A model generated the notes under the pieces. The model was not told the DNA's origin and did no database searches. It saw only the letters and a list, made by a program, of their open reading frames with translations. A stretch of 64,000 bases of DNA, taken from the NCBI GenBank assembly GCA_964519015.1, contig CAZFHZ010000002.1, positions 397 through 64,396 of the forward strand, read 5' to 3'. The DNA is from an uncultured Gemmatimonadota bacterium. Lineage in GTDB: Bacteria > Blakebacterota > Blakebacteria > Blakebacterales > CAYUVJ01. Numbering within the stretch: position 1 is the stretch's first letter; the number at the start of each line of letters is the position of its first letter. Shown in pieces: positions 9,292-17,831 of the stretch. Both the position numbers and the translations under genes were made by a program.

Positions 9292-9330
9292 AAAAGCCCC
9301 GCGGGAAGGATCCTTCCCTCCCGCAGGGCC
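9292..9330. repeat. Palindrome/hairpin in the hsp20-dnaK intergenic gap
   Basis: Perfect 16-bp palindrome GGGAAGGATCCTTCCC (9303-9318) within a larger GC-rich inverted repeat. Confidence 0.4.
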
Positions 9331-9357
9331 GGTTCACTCGGTTCGAGCCGCCCCCGC

Positions 9358-9801
9358 TCACTTGACGGCGACGTCGATCTCGCGCTGCTTGGCCTCCTCG
9401 GCCTTCGGCACGCTCACCTTGAGCACACCATCCGAGTAGTTGGCGCGGATTTTACCGGCATCCACCGTACGGGGCAGGGTGAACGCCCGCCGGAAGCAGC
9501 CGTAGGCGCGCTCGGTCAGGTGGTAGTTGGCCTGTTCCTCGGTGCGCTCCTGACGGCGCTCCCCGGAGATGAAGAGCACGTTGTCCTTCACGGTGACCTT
9601 GACGTCCTCCCGGCGCAGACCGGGCAGGTCGATCGAGACCAGGTACTCCTCTTCCTGCTCCTCGATATCCACGGCCGGGACCCAGGTCTCGTTCCCGCTG
9701 CGGGCGGGAGTCTGGCCCATCATGTCGTCGAACAGCCGGCTGATCTCGTGCTGCGTGTTCCAGAGCCAGTCCCGCTGTGGGGTCCAACGAACCAGCGTCA
9801 T
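9358..9801 (-). CDS. Hsp20/alpha-crystallin small heat-shock protein
   Basis: WVPAVDIEE, DLPGLRREDVKVTV, ERAYGCFRRAFTLP, ANYSDGVLKVSVPK. Start set at ATG 9801, 9 nt after AAGGAGG. Confidence 0.95.
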   Translation of the reverse strand: MTLVRWTPQRDWLWNTQHEISRLFDDMMGQTPARSGNETWVPAVDIEEQEEEYLVSIDLPGLRREDVKVTVKDNVLFISGERRQERTEEQANYHLTERAYGCFRRAFTLPRTVDAGKIRANYSDGVLKVSVPKAEEAKQREIDVAVK

Positions 9802-9883
9802 CGTCATTCGCCTCCTTGGCACGGCGCCACCTGGCGCCGACTCATGTTATCGTTGTGGGTCGTAGCTACCGCACAGAGATAAC

Positions 9884-9941
9884 ATCAAACGGTATGCCAA
9901 TCTTGGTCCCGTGCCGGCGCATATATTTTAACTTATTGTAT
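9884..9941 (-). promoter_or_regulatory. Putative sigma54-type promoter with upstream IHF-like site for hsp20-dnaK
   Basis: Minus strand TTGGCATACCGTTTGAT (9884-9900) has exact -24/-12 spacing, with GA in place of GC at -12. TAACTTATTGTAT (9929-9941) in an AT-rich tract resembles the IHF consensus YAA-N4-TTGATW. Confidence 0.45.
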
Positions 9942-10215
9942 TGCAACAAGATAATCAGATTCGATCACGTCGGACTGTAATCCTGGACCGATTCTCCCTG
10001 TGGTGTTTCGTGCCATCCTGGCCGTCAGTTGTCGGCTTGGCAAGGGATATTGCCGGAACGGCGGGATCGCGTCGAACTGGCAGTTCGGGGTGGACCGGTA
10101 TAAAATGATATGTAGGTGATGCTCAAACGCTTTCATCGAATCCTCTTCTTCCGCTATATTCGTAGTGGTCTGTCTTTCTCCGCTACAGACCGTACGTACG
10201 TGAGGAGGAACTCAG

Positions 10216-10401
10216 ATGTCGACCATCATGACCACCGACCAGATCTGCCAGGCGTTCGGGATCTCGAAGTCGACCCTGAACAACTGGCGCAAGGAGAAGG
10301 GTCTTCCCTTCATCAAGGTCGGGCGCACGGTGCGGTATGATTACCAGGCCGTCATCGACTGGCTGAAGAAGCACGAGGTGAGTGGTCGGAAGGAACGCTG
10401 A
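10216..10401 (+). CDS. Small excisionase/MerR-like helix-turn-helix DNA-binding protein (HTH_17-like)
   Basis: MTTDQICQAFGISKSTLNNWRKEKGLPFIKVGRTVRYD; GAGGAGG RBS. Confidence 0.88.
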   Translation: MSTIMTTDQICQAFGISKSTLNNWRKEKGLPFIKVGRTVRYDYQAVIDWLKKHEVSGRKER

Positions 10402-10413
10402 TCCCGCTTTCCC

Positions 10414-11832
10414 ATGGTGACCCCTCCTGAGGACACACGCGGTCGCGAGTTCCTGACGATCCTGATCCCCGCTTACAATGAGGCTGCGACCATCGAGACG
10501 GCCCTGCGGCGTCTCTGGAAGGTCGAACTACCGCTTCCCTGTGAGACCATCGTCATCGACGATGCGTCCGACGATCCCACCGCCGAGCTGGTCGAACGGC
10601 TCCGGGAGGAGAGCCCCTATCCCCTCCGGCTCATCCGCCACCAGCGCAACCGGGGTAAGACGGCCGCCCTCCGCTCCGGTCTGGCCCAGGCCCGGGGGAG
10701 CCTGACCCTGATCTACGACGCCGACCTGGAGTACGACCCGGCCGACATCCCCCGGCTGCTGGCGCCGGTACTCGAGGGCCTGGCCGACGCGGTCTACGGC
10801 TCCCGTTTCCAGTCCCCGGAGCGGCGCGTCCTCTTCTTCTGGCACGCCCTCGGGAACCGTCTGGTCACCGCCCTGGCCAATCTCTTCGCCAACCTGAACC
10901 TGACCGACATGGAGACCTGTTTCAAACTGGTGCGGACCGATACCCTTCGCCGGATGCGCCTGCGCTCGGAACGGTTCGGGTTCGAGCCGGAGGTGACCGT
11001 GAAGCTCGGCCGACTGGGGGAACGGGTCTACGAGGTCCCCATCCGTTACGCCGGCCGCTCCTACGACGAGGGGAAGAAGATCCGCTGGTGGGACGCCCTC
11101 CGGGCGGTCGGGACCATCCTGCGGGCCGGCCTGCTGGAGGCACCGCTGGCCGACCCCGAGGCCGCCTGGCGCTGGCGCCGGGAGCGGCTGCGGCGCTATC
11201 ACCGGGAACTGCTCCGCCGCCTGGCGCCGGCGGTGGGGCCCCGGGTCCTGGTCGCGGGCCCCGACCGCGATGGGCTCCTGTTGCACCTGCTCCCTTCCCG
11301 CCGACTGCTGGTCCTCGAGCCCGATCCCGACCGGGTGGCCCGGCTCCGCTCCCGCTTCTCCCATCGTCCCAACGTCGCCATCCGGCCCTGGTCCCCCGAC
11401 CAGGGTGAGGTGGGGATGGAGGGAGAGGTCTTCGACACGATCATCACCGCTCCCCCGGGGGACGGCTGCCCCGAGCGGCTCCCCTTCCTGCCGGACAGGA
11501 CGTATATGCCGGCTCCCGGCGGTCACCTGGTGGTACTGCTGCCGGCCGGTCCCGCCCCGGCCGGGGAGCCGGAACGCTGCCGGCCCGAACAGGCCCGGAG
11601 GATGGTGGAGGAAGCGGGTCTGACCCTGGTCCGGTTGGAGTACTTCGATATGGTCGGGGCGGTGGGCTGCTGGTGCGCCTCGCGGATCCCGGTCCTGCGG
11701 CGCCTGCGGTCCCGCTGGGTGGCCCTCTACCGGTACCTGCAGCCGCTGCTACTGCTCGAACGGATCGCGCCCCCCCCGATCGGACGGACCCTGCTGGTGA
11801 TCGCCCGCCCCCGGACCCCGGAGACGGACTGA
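10414..11832 (+). CDS. Glycosyltransferase family 2 fused to a degenerate SAM-methyltransferase-like domain
   Basis: ILIPAYNE, VIDDASDD, NRGKTAA, YDADLEYDP, DMETCFK, RFGFEPE, GKKIRWWDA; C-terminal VLVAG/LLVLEPD/FDTII/PGGHLVVLLP remnant of a Rossmann methyltransferase fold. Confidence 0.85.
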   Translation: MVTPPEDTRGREFLTILIPAYNEAATIETALRRLWKVELPLPCETIVIDDASDDPTAELVERLREESPYPLRLIRHQRNRGKTAALRSGLAQARGSLTLIYDADLEYDPADIPRLLAPVLEGLADAVYGSRFQSPERRVLFFWHALGNRLVTALANLFANLNLTDMETCFKLVRTDTLRRMRLRSERFGFEPEVTVKLGRLGERVYEVPIRYAGRSYDEGKKIRWWDALRAVGTILRAGLLEAPLADPEAAWRWRRERLRRYHRELLRRLAPAVGPRVLVAGPDRDGLLLHLLPSRRLLVLEPDPDRVARLRSRFSHRPNVAIRPWSPDQGEVGMEGEVFDTIITAPPGDGCPERLPFLPDRTYMPAPGGHLVVLLPAGPAPAGEPERCRPEQARRMVEEAGLTLVRLEYFDMVGAVGCWCASRIPVLRRLRSRWVALYRYLQPLLLLERIAPPPIGRTLLVIARPRTPETD

Positions 11833-11848
11833 CCCGTCCGGCTTCCAG

Positions 11849-13090
11849 CTACTCGTAGCGCAGCGATTCGATCGGGTCGAGCAAGGCCGCCTTGCGGGCC
11901 GGGTAGATCCCGAAGATGATCCCCACCCCGGCCGAGACCCCGAAAGCGAGGACCACGGCGAAGAGCGAGACGATGGTCCGCCACTTGGCGTAGAGGCTGA
12001 TGATCTTGGTCAGCGTGAAGCCGAGTCCGATACCGATCAGCCCGCCCAGGAAGGAGAGGAACACCGCCTCGACCAGGAACTGGTAGAGGATGTCGCGGCG
12101 GGTCGCTCCCACCGCCCGGCGCACCCCGATCTCCTTGGTACGCTCCAGCACGGTGGCCAGCATGATGTTCATGATCCCGATGCCCCCCACCAGCAGGCTG
12201 ATCCCCGCGATGGCCCCCATGACGATCCCCCAGATGCGCTGGGTCTCCTGACTCTGGCGGAGCAGCTCCTCGGGGATGATGATGCGGTAATCCTGGATGC
12301 CGTTGTGCCGGCGCAGCATCAACCGGTCGAGGATGACCGAGGATTCCCCGATCTTGGCGGCGTCCTCGACTTCGAGGGTGATCTGGTCGACCGGGCTGGC
12401 CAGCGTCGGGATGATGAAGCGCGACTGGGCGCTGGTGAGCGGCACGTAGATATCGCGGTTCACATCGCGGGCGACCACCTCACTGCTGGTCCCGGACGAG
12501 ATGGCCCGGCGTTCCATCACCCCGACCACCGTGAACCACTCGGTACCCAGCCGCACCTTCTCCCCCACCGGGTCGCGATAGTAGAAGAGTTCCTCCTTGA
12601 TGTCGGAGCCGAGCACGCAGACCTGGGAACGCTCACGCAGGTCGAGCTCGGTGATGAAGGCTCCTTCGATAGGCGCGAACTTGAAGATCCGGATGTAGTC
12701 GGACGTGGTCCCCAGCACCGTCGTGGAGGCGGTGATATCGCCGTAGGAGACGTCCATCGTGAATTCTTTCTGGGGCGCCACCGAGGTGACCGAAGTGAGC
12801 ACCTCACCGATGGAGGCCACATCCTGCAGGGTGATGCCGCGGGAGAAGTTGCTGCGCTGGTCCTCCGCCGCCGCATCCCCGCCGATGACCCCGGTGTCGC
12901 GCACGATGATGTTGTTGATCCCCATCAGTTTGATCTGCTCGAGGGCCTGCTGCTTGGCCCCCTCCCCGATGGAGAGCATGGCGATGACCGCGGCCACGCC
13001 GAAGATGATACCGAGCATGGTGAGCAGGCTGCGAAGCTTGTGGCTCTGCAGACCCTGGACGCTGACGCTGACGCTCTCGCCGAGGTTCAC
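11849..13090 (-). CDS. MacB/FtsX-family ABC transporter permease (no fused ATPase)
   Basis: RSLLTMLGIIFGVAAVIAMLSIGEG, ISLLVGGIGIMNIMLATVLERTKEIGVRRAVGA, YPARKAALLDPIESLRYE; 413 aa. Confidence 0.95.
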   Translation of the reverse strand: MNLGESVSVSVQGLQSHKLRSLLTMLGIIFGVAAVIAMLSIGEGAKQQALEQIKLMGINNIIVRDTGVIGGDAAAEDQRSNFSRGITLQDVASIGEVLTSVTSVAPQKEFTMDVSYGDITASTTVLGTTSDYIRIFKFAPIEGAFITELDLRERSQVCVLGSDIKEELFYYRDPVGEKVRLGTEWFTVVGVMERRAISSGTSSEVVARDVNRDIYVPLTSAQSRFIIPTLASPVDQITLEVEDAAKIGESSVILDRLMLRRHNGIQDYRIIIPEELLRQSQETQRIWGIVMGAIAGISLLVGGIGIMNIMLATVLERTKEIGVRRAVGATRRDILYQFLVEAVFLSFLGGLIGIGLGFTLTKIISLYAKWRTIVSLFAVVLAFGVSAGVGIIFGIYPARKAALLDPIESLRYE

Positions 13091-13124
13091 GTGTTCGCTT
13101 CCCTTCCCATTCTCACATTGGAGG

Positions 13125-14423
13125 TCACGGACGGCGTCCGCCCGGTCCCCCCGGAGCGGGGCTTGTCCCGGATGGGGCGGTCGTCTCCTTCGCCTTCTTC
13201 TCGCGCGGATCGCTCAGGGCGATCTCCTCGCCGGGATGCAATCCTTCGAGCACGACCACATACTCGAAGTTGCGCTCGCCCAGGTGCACTTCCCGGGGTT
13301 CGGGGAGGGAGCGGCGCGGGAAGACCACGGTCTTCCCCTCTTCCTCGAACACGGCCCGATAGGGGATGTAGAGGGCCTTATCGAGCTTGTCCACGATGAC
13401 CCGCAGGGTGGCCGTCATCCCGGGGCGCATACCCGCCGAGAGGGAGTCGAGCCGGGCCACTGCCTTGAAGTAGCTCGTCTTCTGGGTTACGTCGTAGTTG
13501 GCGATGACCGCGACCCACTCCAGGTGGGACGGGAAGACCGGCCCCTGGATGGCGTCGATGCGCACCTCCACGAACTCGTCGGTCCGGAGCTTCCGGTAGT
13601 CCCCCTCCCCGACACTGAAGTCCACCAGGATCTGGCTGAGGTCGGGGATGGTCACGATCGCCTGTCCCCGGTGGGCGGAATCGCCGATTCGGATCTTGCG
13701 CATCCCTTCCGAGGCCGTCCCGAAGGTCTCGCCATAGACCACCAGGCCGTCGATGGGCGCCCGCAGGATGGTGGCTTCCAGTTGCCGCTGCTGGTCGCGC
13801 AGGCGCTGCTCCGACTGTCGGATACGGGTGCGGTACTGGCGCTCCTGGAGATTGAGCTTGCTCTCCTGGCTGGCCAGCGCCCGCTGGGCGTTGTCGAGGC
13901 TCAACTTGGCGTTCTCGTAGTCGATCCGCCGCTGTTCCTTCACCTGGTCCGATTCGAACTCGGCAGCCGTCATTTGCATCTCGGCCAGTTCCAGGTCGTA
14001 CTCGGCGGTCCTGACCGAGGCCTGGGAGGAACTGACCTGTCCCGGCCGGCTGGCCAGGAAGTTCTGCAGGTTCTGGTTGGCGGTCTCCAGGTCGGTCTCG
14101 CGCTGGGCCACCCGGCTCTCCTGGTCGGCGTCGTTCATACGTACGACCACGTCACCGGCCTTCACCGGCAGACCTTCCGGAGCTAGCCAGACGATCTGGG
14201 TCTGGCCCTGCATCTCGGGGACCGATATGGACCGGGAGCGTTCGGCGCGCAGTTCACCGCGCACCACCACGTCGCGGATGAACTCCCCCTCGGTGGCCGT
14301 GGTGAAGACAAGGTCCTTCCAGGGATTGGCCAGCAGCTTCGGGAGCGCCAGGCCCCCGACCACCACCACCGCCAGAACGAACAGGAACCGTCGATCCCGT
14401 AGCAGCTTATTCATCCTCATCAC
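13125..14423 (-). CDS. Efflux periplasmic adaptor (membrane fusion protein) 3
   Basis: N-terminal TM; lipoyl half-motifs (EGLPVKAGDVVV, ILRAPIDGLVVY); long coiled coil; MRPGMTA; GLHPGEEIAL. Confidence 0.9.
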   Translation of the reverse strand: MMRMNKLLRDRRFLFVLAVVVVGGLALPKLLANPWKDLVFTTATEGEFIRDVVVRGELRAERSRSISVPEMQGQTQIVWLAPEGLPVKAGDVVVRMNDADQESRVAQRETDLETANQNLQNFLASRPGQVSSSQASVRTAEYDLELAEMQMTAAEFESDQVKEQRRIDYENAKLSLDNAQRALASQESKLNLQERQYRTRIRQSEQRLRDQQRQLEATILRAPIDGLVVYGETFGTASEGMRKIRIGDSAHRGQAIVTIPDLSQILVDFSVGEGDYRKLRTDEFVEVRIDAIQGPVFPSHLEWVAVIANYDVTQKTSYFKAVARLDSLSAGMRPGMTATLRVIVDKLDKALYIPYRAVFEEEGKTVVFPRRSLPEPREVHLGERNFEYVVVLEGLHPGEEIALSDPREKKAKETTAPSGTSPAPGGPGGRRP

Positions 14424-15872
14424 CTATCGGAATACCCGCATCGCGCCGCCGCCCCCGGGACCGCCGCCGCGACCCCCCAGCATCCGCAGGATGTCACTGG
14501 TGCCTCCGGCCGAACTGACGTTCCGCCGTTCCTTGAGTGCTTCCGCTCCGGCGGTTGCGATCGAAGGGAGCGGCGCGAACGGGTCGCGCAAGGCCACCCG
14601 GTTACCCGGCTGCAGCCCGGCGGTGACCACTACGAAGTTCCGGTTTTCCGGCCCCAATTCGATCGGGACCTCCTTGAAGGATCCGTCGAGCAGGTAGGCC
14701 AGCGCCTGTCCATCCCGCTTGAAGACCGCCTCGAGCGGGATCTGGAGCGCGGTCGGTTCGTAGCTGGTGATGATGCTGACCTGGGCGCTCATTCCGGGCC
14801 GCAGTCTCAGGTCGGTGCCCCGGATGGTCACCACGGCGTCGAACACCTTGACCTGGGAGAAGCCCATGCGGCGGGCCAACGGACTCACATCGGTGACCAC
14901 GGCCTGGTAGATGGTGTCGGGGTAGGCGTCCACCACCACCAGGACTTCCTGGTCCTTGGCGATCTTGTGGATATCCAGCTCCGAGACCGAGAGGGTGATG
15001 GTCATCCGCGCGAGGTTGGGCATGGTGATGATGGTCTGACCCGGGTAAGGGGTATCCCCCACCTTCACCTTGGTCTGGCCGGAGGGCCCCCAGCTCGGTT
15101 CGTAGCTGATCAGACCGGGCTGATCGGCGTAGATGACCGTCTTCTCCAGCTCGCGTTTCATGCCATCCAGGTCGGTCTGGTTACGAGTGATCCGCGACTG
15201 CACCCGCTGCAGTTCCGACGCATCCACCCGCTTCTGTGTCTCGATGGCCTCCTGGGCCCGCACCAGCGACATCTCACTCTTCTTGAAGCTGATCTCCTCC
15301 TGCCGCTTCCGGATCTCGGCCTCGAACTCCATCTTCTCCAGGTTCAGTTTGGCCTTCTCGAAACTGAACTGGGTCATCTCCAAGGAGGCGACCAGGGAGG
15401 CCATCTTGCTGTCCTGCTCGGCCAACGTCTTCTCTTTCTCCGCCAGGGCCTGTTCCAGGTCGTTGGTGCGGCTGACGATGGCCTCGCGCAGGGCGAGGGC
15501 GTCGAACCGGACGATCATGTCCCCCGGTTCCACCACGTTGCCCTCAGGGACCATCTCGACGATCTGGGCACTGCCGCTCTGCTGGCCGCCCCCCCCACCG
15601 CCGCCGAAGCTGCCCCCCCGGCTGCTGAACCCGCCCCCCCAGACCAGCCGGGGGGCGGCGATACTGGTCGTCCCACCGGCCTTCAGGACGCCCCGCTCGA
15701 CCACCATGGCCACGAAGGGGCGCTCGACGGCCTCGGTCACCATGACCGAATCCGCCTTCCGGCCGAGGCCGAAGAGACGCGCGGAGCCGACCACGACCAG
15801 CATCAGGGCGATGGCCGCAGCGGCGATCCAGCCCCGCAGGCCGAGTCGCGGGAGATGTACCCGGAACTTCAT
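14424..15872 (-). CDS. Efflux periplasmic adaptor (membrane fusion protein) 2
   Basis: TM anchor; EGNVVEPGDMIVRFD, IYADQPGLISY, LRPGMSAQVSI, GLQPGNRV; Gly-rich insertion. Confidence 0.9.
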   Translation of the reverse strand: MKFRVHLPRLGLRGWIAAAAIALMLVVVGSARLFGLGRKADSVMVTEAVERPFVAMVVERGVLKAGGTTSIAAPRLVWGGGFSSRGGSFGGGGGGGQQSGSAQIVEMVPEGNVVEPGDMIVRFDALALREAIVSRTNDLEQALAEKEKTLAEQDSKMASLVASLEMTQFSFEKAKLNLEKMEFEAEIRKRQEEISFKKSEMSLVRAQEAIETQKRVDASELQRVQSRITRNQTDLDGMKRELEKTVIYADQPGLISYEPSWGPSGQTKVKVGDTPYPGQTIITMPNLARMTITLSVSELDIHKIAKDQEVLVVVDAYPDTIYQAVVTDVSPLARRMGFSQVKVFDAVVTIRGTDLRLRPGMSAQVSIITSYEPTALQIPLEAVFKRDGQALAYLLDGSFKEVPIELGPENRNFVVVTAGLQPGNRVALRDPFAPLPSIATAGAEALKERRNVSSAGGTSDILRMLGGRGGGPGGGGAMRVFR

Positions 15873-17684
15873 CTAACGTCCTCCCGTCGGGTCAAGAACG
15901 GCCGGCGGCGGGGTCCCCGTCGGAGGAGGGGTCCGCATCCGCTGCCCGCTCATCAGATTCCAGGCCCGCAGGCTGTCGCGCAGTGCGGGCGAGATGTTCC
16001 GAAAGTCGAAGCTCCCGGAACCGATGATCTGTTGCACTTCCCGGCGCAGGCTGTCGGGAAGCGTGGCGATCCGCTGCCGCAGGCCGTCCATGATCTGGGC
16101 CGTGCGGGCCGAATCCAGCCCGGCCCGCTGGACGACCATCTCCCCCGCCTGGCCGGGCACCCGCATGACCGCCTGTCCCTCCTGGCCGGGCAGGCCGGCG
16201 GCCGGCGCGCCCTCCGCCTGCATCTGCTGCAAACGAGCGAGTTGCTCAGGGGTCATGCTCGAAGGGTCGAGCTGCATCTGGCGCCCCGCTCCGCCGCGAC
16301 CCTGGCCACGGCCGCCGCCCGGGCCGGCCGCCCCCTCCTGCTGCACCACGACTTTCGCTTTCCCGTAGTCCGCTCCCTGGGCCTGGATGGCCTGCAGTGT
16401 CCCTTCGGGGAGCGCGCGCCGTCCGGCCAGCTGGGTAAGCAGGCCGGTGGTGTCCTCCCGCCAGCCCAGTTCGATCCGATCCCCCTGCTGCAAACCGTCC
16501 ACTACCTGGACCATCGACTCGTTGCGGGCTCCCAGGGTAACCGTAACGGGGTCCTTCCGGCCGACCACCTTGACACAGCAGCCGCTGCCGATCACACCGA
16601 GCGCGGCCAGAGGTATGCGCAGCGCGTCCTCGAGGGTGTCCACCACGATCTCCACGCTCGCCGTCATACCCGGCCGGATCCGATCGTCGGTCTGATCGAG
16701 CGTCACCACAGCCGGGAAGACCCGCACGTTGCCGCCGTCGCTGGTGTCCTGGGCCAGGGTTGAGAGGTCGGTCACACTGGCCTCGAACACCTCGCGCGGG
16801 TAGGCCTCCAGCCGCACCCGGGCCTTCTGGCTGAGCTGCACCCGGTCGGCGTCCAGTTCGTTGATGAAGAAGGTCACTTCCATCACCGAGGGATCGGGGA
16901 TCTGGAGGAGCTGCTGCCCGCGGCGGACCGTGTCCCCCTCCCGGATCTTGGTGCGCTCCATCATCCGGCCCTGCTCGACATAGATGACCAGCCCCTGGAT
17001 CGGGGCCCGCAGGGTCAACGCCTTGATCTCGGCCCGGGTCTCCTCGACATCATCGCGGCGGCCGATCAGGTTGACCTCACTCTGCCGCCGGTTGGCCTCG
17101 TTGATGATCTTCTGGGCCGCCAGCTTGCGCTTCGCCTCGTCCCGCGAGATACGCGCGCGCTCCAGGTCGAGTTCCCCCGCCTGCTGGTCGAGCGCGGAGG
17201 AGAACTCGAGCGCCTGCAGGCGCAATTGGGCCTGTTCGTAGGAGAGCTCGGCCGAGCGGACCGAGTTCTCCAGGTTCTTGATGTTGTCGGCCAAGTCGGT
17301 GACCTGCTGGTCATACTGGGCCTGGGCCGTCTCGAGCGCATCGAGCTGGGTCTCCAGACTCTCGAGCGCCGCCGCGGTGTCGAGCTGGGCCACGATCTGG
17401 CCTTTCACCACCCGCTCCCCCTCAGGGATCAGGTAGATCAGCTGCAGGTCGCCGCTCACCTGGTCGGGCACGCGGACGAACTCCGCGTTCCGCGCCCGCA
17501 AGGTGCCGGCACCGGTGACGGTGACCTCCATCGGTCCGCGGGTGACGCGGTAGAACTCGGTCTGGCCACCGACCACACCGCTACTTCGGAAGAGGAGGAA
17601 GGCCAGGATGATCAGGACGACCAGTCCGCCTCCGCCCAGCAGGAGGCGCCGTCGTCCGTTCGAAGTCGTCATTAGTCCATTCAT
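15873..17684 (-). CDS. Efflux periplasmic adaptor (membrane fusion protein) 1 with long C-terminal extension
   Basis: TM anchor; EGERVVKGQIVAQLD, LRAPIQGLVIY, IRPGMTASVEI, GLQQGDRI; about 165 extra C-terminal residues. Confidence 0.9.
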   Translation of the reverse strand: MNGLMTTSNGRRRLLLGGGGLVVLIILAFLLFRSSGVVGGQTEFYRVTRGPMEVTVTGAGTLRARNAEFVRVPDQVSGDLQLIYLIPEGERVVKGQIVAQLDTAAALESLETQLDALETAQAQYDQQVTDLADNIKNLENSVRSAELSYEQAQLRLQALEFSSALDQQAGELDLERARISRDEAKRKLAAQKIINEANRRQSEVNLIGRRDDVEETRAEIKALTLRAPIQGLVIYVEQGRMMERTKIREGDTVRRGQQLLQIPDPSVMEVTFFINELDADRVQLSQKARVRLEAYPREVFEASVTDLSTLAQDTSDGGNVRVFPAVVTLDQTDDRIRPGMTASVEIVVDTLEDALRIPLAALGVIGSGCCVKVVGRKDPVTVTLGARNESMVQVVDGLQQGDRIELGWREDTTGLLTQLAGRRALPEGTLQAIQAQGADYGKAKVVVQQEGAAGPGGGRGQGRGGAGRQMQLDPSSMTPEQLARLQQMQAEGAPAAGLPGQEGQAVMRVPGQAGEMVVQRAGLDSARTAQIMDGLRQRIATLPDSLRREVQQIIGSGSFDFRNISPALRDSLRAWNLMSGQRMRTPPPTGTPPPAVLDPTGGR

Positions 17685-17831
17685 AGCGTTTGTTCGACAC
17701 CACCCGGAGTAATAGACTTGCCCACGTTCCGGTGGTCCGGAACGCGCCTGATCGGCGCCCGTGCCCGGGGACGCCTAGGGGATACAAGACCCCTCACGCC
17801 CCTATTCAACATTCCGTCGAGGACCTGTCCC

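Noticed and set aside
10037-10054. TGGCAAGGGATATTGC as a sigma54 promoter for the HTH gene
   Set aside because: The GG-to-GC spacing is one base too long for a -24/-12 promoter; kept only as a palindrome.
9240-10215. CIRCE (TTAGCACTC-N9-GAGTGCTAA) or HAIR operator for the heat-shock genes
   Set aside because: No match; TTGGCATAC resembles one CIRCE arm but has no partner arm.
9777-10340. Short ORFs in the AT-rich spacer (9777-9980, 9933-10136, 10116-10340)
   Set aside because: No RBS or recognisable motifs; they overlap predicted promoter elements or the HTH gene.
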